Source: a virus
IMG/VR virus record: IMGVR_UViG_3300027749_000063
Coordinates: 35,220-99,219 of that record
Reading direction: 5' to 3' (one strand)
DNA length: 64,000 bases
Shown here: positions 63,224 through 64,000 of the stretch, piece after piece
How the letters are laid out: each line of letters starts with the position of its first letter
Position numbering within the stretch: the stretch's first letter is position 1
Notes under the pieces: generated by a model
The model's input: the letters and a program-made list of their open reading frames with translations, nothing else
Told to the model about the DNA's origin: nothing
Database searches by the model: none
Made by a program: the position numbers and the translations under genes

Positions 63224-63928
63224 TTATCTTTTGCTTTTTACTGGTACTGGTACTTCTTCTGCATAATAACTATCTATTGTATCACATACTGTTTGTAGGT
63301 CGTTAGGGATAAGAGTTTCTGCAAACATATCCATAGGACTTTTAGCAGGGTAATTCTTAAAACGATTGGTTACAAAGTGATAAGTTGCTTTCTCATCTTT
63401 ATCTTCACCTACGTGAGTATAAAGACAGATAGTAAACAATCCTTCTAGTACGATTTGGTTATCCAATGCTTTGCCTATTGTCTTAATCTTTTGACCTACG
63501 ATATGTCCATCATCTTCAATGTTCTCTGAGTGAGTGATGTAGAATACTTTAAGGTCATTACGAAGCTTACGAGCACTAGTAAGCATATTAGTTACATCTT
63601 TTGCAAGGGTAACAAACTTACCAAAACCGATCTCATTGGCTTTCTTCATCATAAGAAAAGACATAGAGTAGATAGCATCATCCATGATGATGTTTTTGAT
63701 GTGAGGAGCTTTCTCGCTAATCTGTTGTAACAATGCGGTGATTTGATTGATGTCATCTACCTCCATGTAATTTTTAGATTCGAGATTGTAAAGCTTTTCT
63801 GCTCCTTTGAAAGGCAATTCTTTCCTTGCTACATTAATAATAAATGTTTCTTTTGGGTCTAGAGTCCTTACAGATGTGGATTTACCAGTACCTGAGGGAC
63901 CTACGATAGCGATTAGTTTGCTTGACAT
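63224..63928 (-). CDS. AAA_24/Sak4-like P-loop ATPase
   Basis: Walker A GPSGTGKST, Walker B IIMDD, YITH, KTIGK.LD, LEGLFT and PAKSP. Confidence 0.85.
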   Translation of the reverse strand: MSSKLIAIVGPSGTGKSTSVRTLDPKETFIINVARKELPFKGAEKLYNLESKNYMEVDDINQITALLQQISEKAPHIKNIIMDDAIYSMSFLMMKKANEIGFGKFVTLAKDVTNMLTSARKLRNDLKVFYITHSENIEDDGHIVGQKIKTIGKALDNQIVLEGLFTICLYTHVGEDKDEKATYHFVTNRFKNYPAKSPMDMFAETLIPNDLQTVCDTIDSYYAEEVPVPVKSKR

Positions 63929-63936
63929 ATAGTTAG

Positions 63937-63963
63937 TTTATTTTGTTTATTTTGTTTATTTTG
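63937..63963 (-). repeat. Tandem repeat (TTTATTTTG)x3 on +
   Basis: Three exact 9-nt units ending 8 nt upstream of the - strand ATG at 63928. Confidence 0.85.
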
Positions 63964-64000
63964 TCTCTAGTAATTTATCTAAATCTTCTGTTATTATTTT

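Noticed and set aside
2872-63730. Short antisense or alternate-frame ORFs in the track (e.g. 2872-, 5737-, 12149-, 21632-, 41780-, 47998+, 59408+, 63530+)
   Set aside because: They lie inside or opposite longer motif-bearing genes and have no recognisable features or expression signals.
977-63963. CRISPR array
   Set aside because: The repeats are 8-11-nt head-to-tail units or coding repeats, with no unique spacers and no cas genes.
1-64000. Stop-codon reassignment (TAG or TGA), known in some crAss-like phages
   Set aside because: Genes up to 7 kb are intact and tile the window in the standard code; TAG ends ORF 29093 just before a promoter; no suppressor tRNA was seen.
1-64000. tRNA or rRNA genes, integrase, capsid/portal/terminase genes
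   Set aside because: No cloverleaf or matching motifs seen, and intergenic gaps are short; the head and packaging genes presumably lie outside the window.

Overview
The window is about 64 kb of an AT-rich crAss-like (Crassvirales-type) podophage genome, read in the standard genetic code. The host is probably a Bacteroidota, judged from recurring TTG-N19/20-TAnnTTTG promoters and A-rich starts with no Shine-Dalgarno. The + strand (1-47.4 kb) holds the virion module: Cys-rich tail/collar proteins, an IHF-like protein, tail ring and stabilisation proteins, a ferritin-like protein, small basic proteins, internal cargo proteins including a 2371-aa virion RNA polymerase (DFDID), several tail fibres, a holin, spanin-like genes and a metallophosphoesterase. 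The - strand (47.4-64 kb) holds an inverted fibre cassette and the replication module: GroES-like, PD-(D/E)XK nuclease, DUF5664-type diphosphohydrolase, NinB-like, PolA, NinG-like, DUF932, UNG, DnaA-C, primase and AAA ATPase. Two observations stand out. (1) Four consecutive RNAP-cassette proteins (6119 aa in total) contain only six cysteines, all at the termini facing the three gene junctions, which suggests a head-to-tail disulfide-linked protein 'train' for ordered packaging or ejection. (2) A complete group IA intron splits the catalytic GMD|PY motif of uracil-DNA glycosylase; it carries a LAGLIDADG gene in loop L1 with its own promoter and a long-range stem. Family assignments come from motif recognition only; no database search was run.
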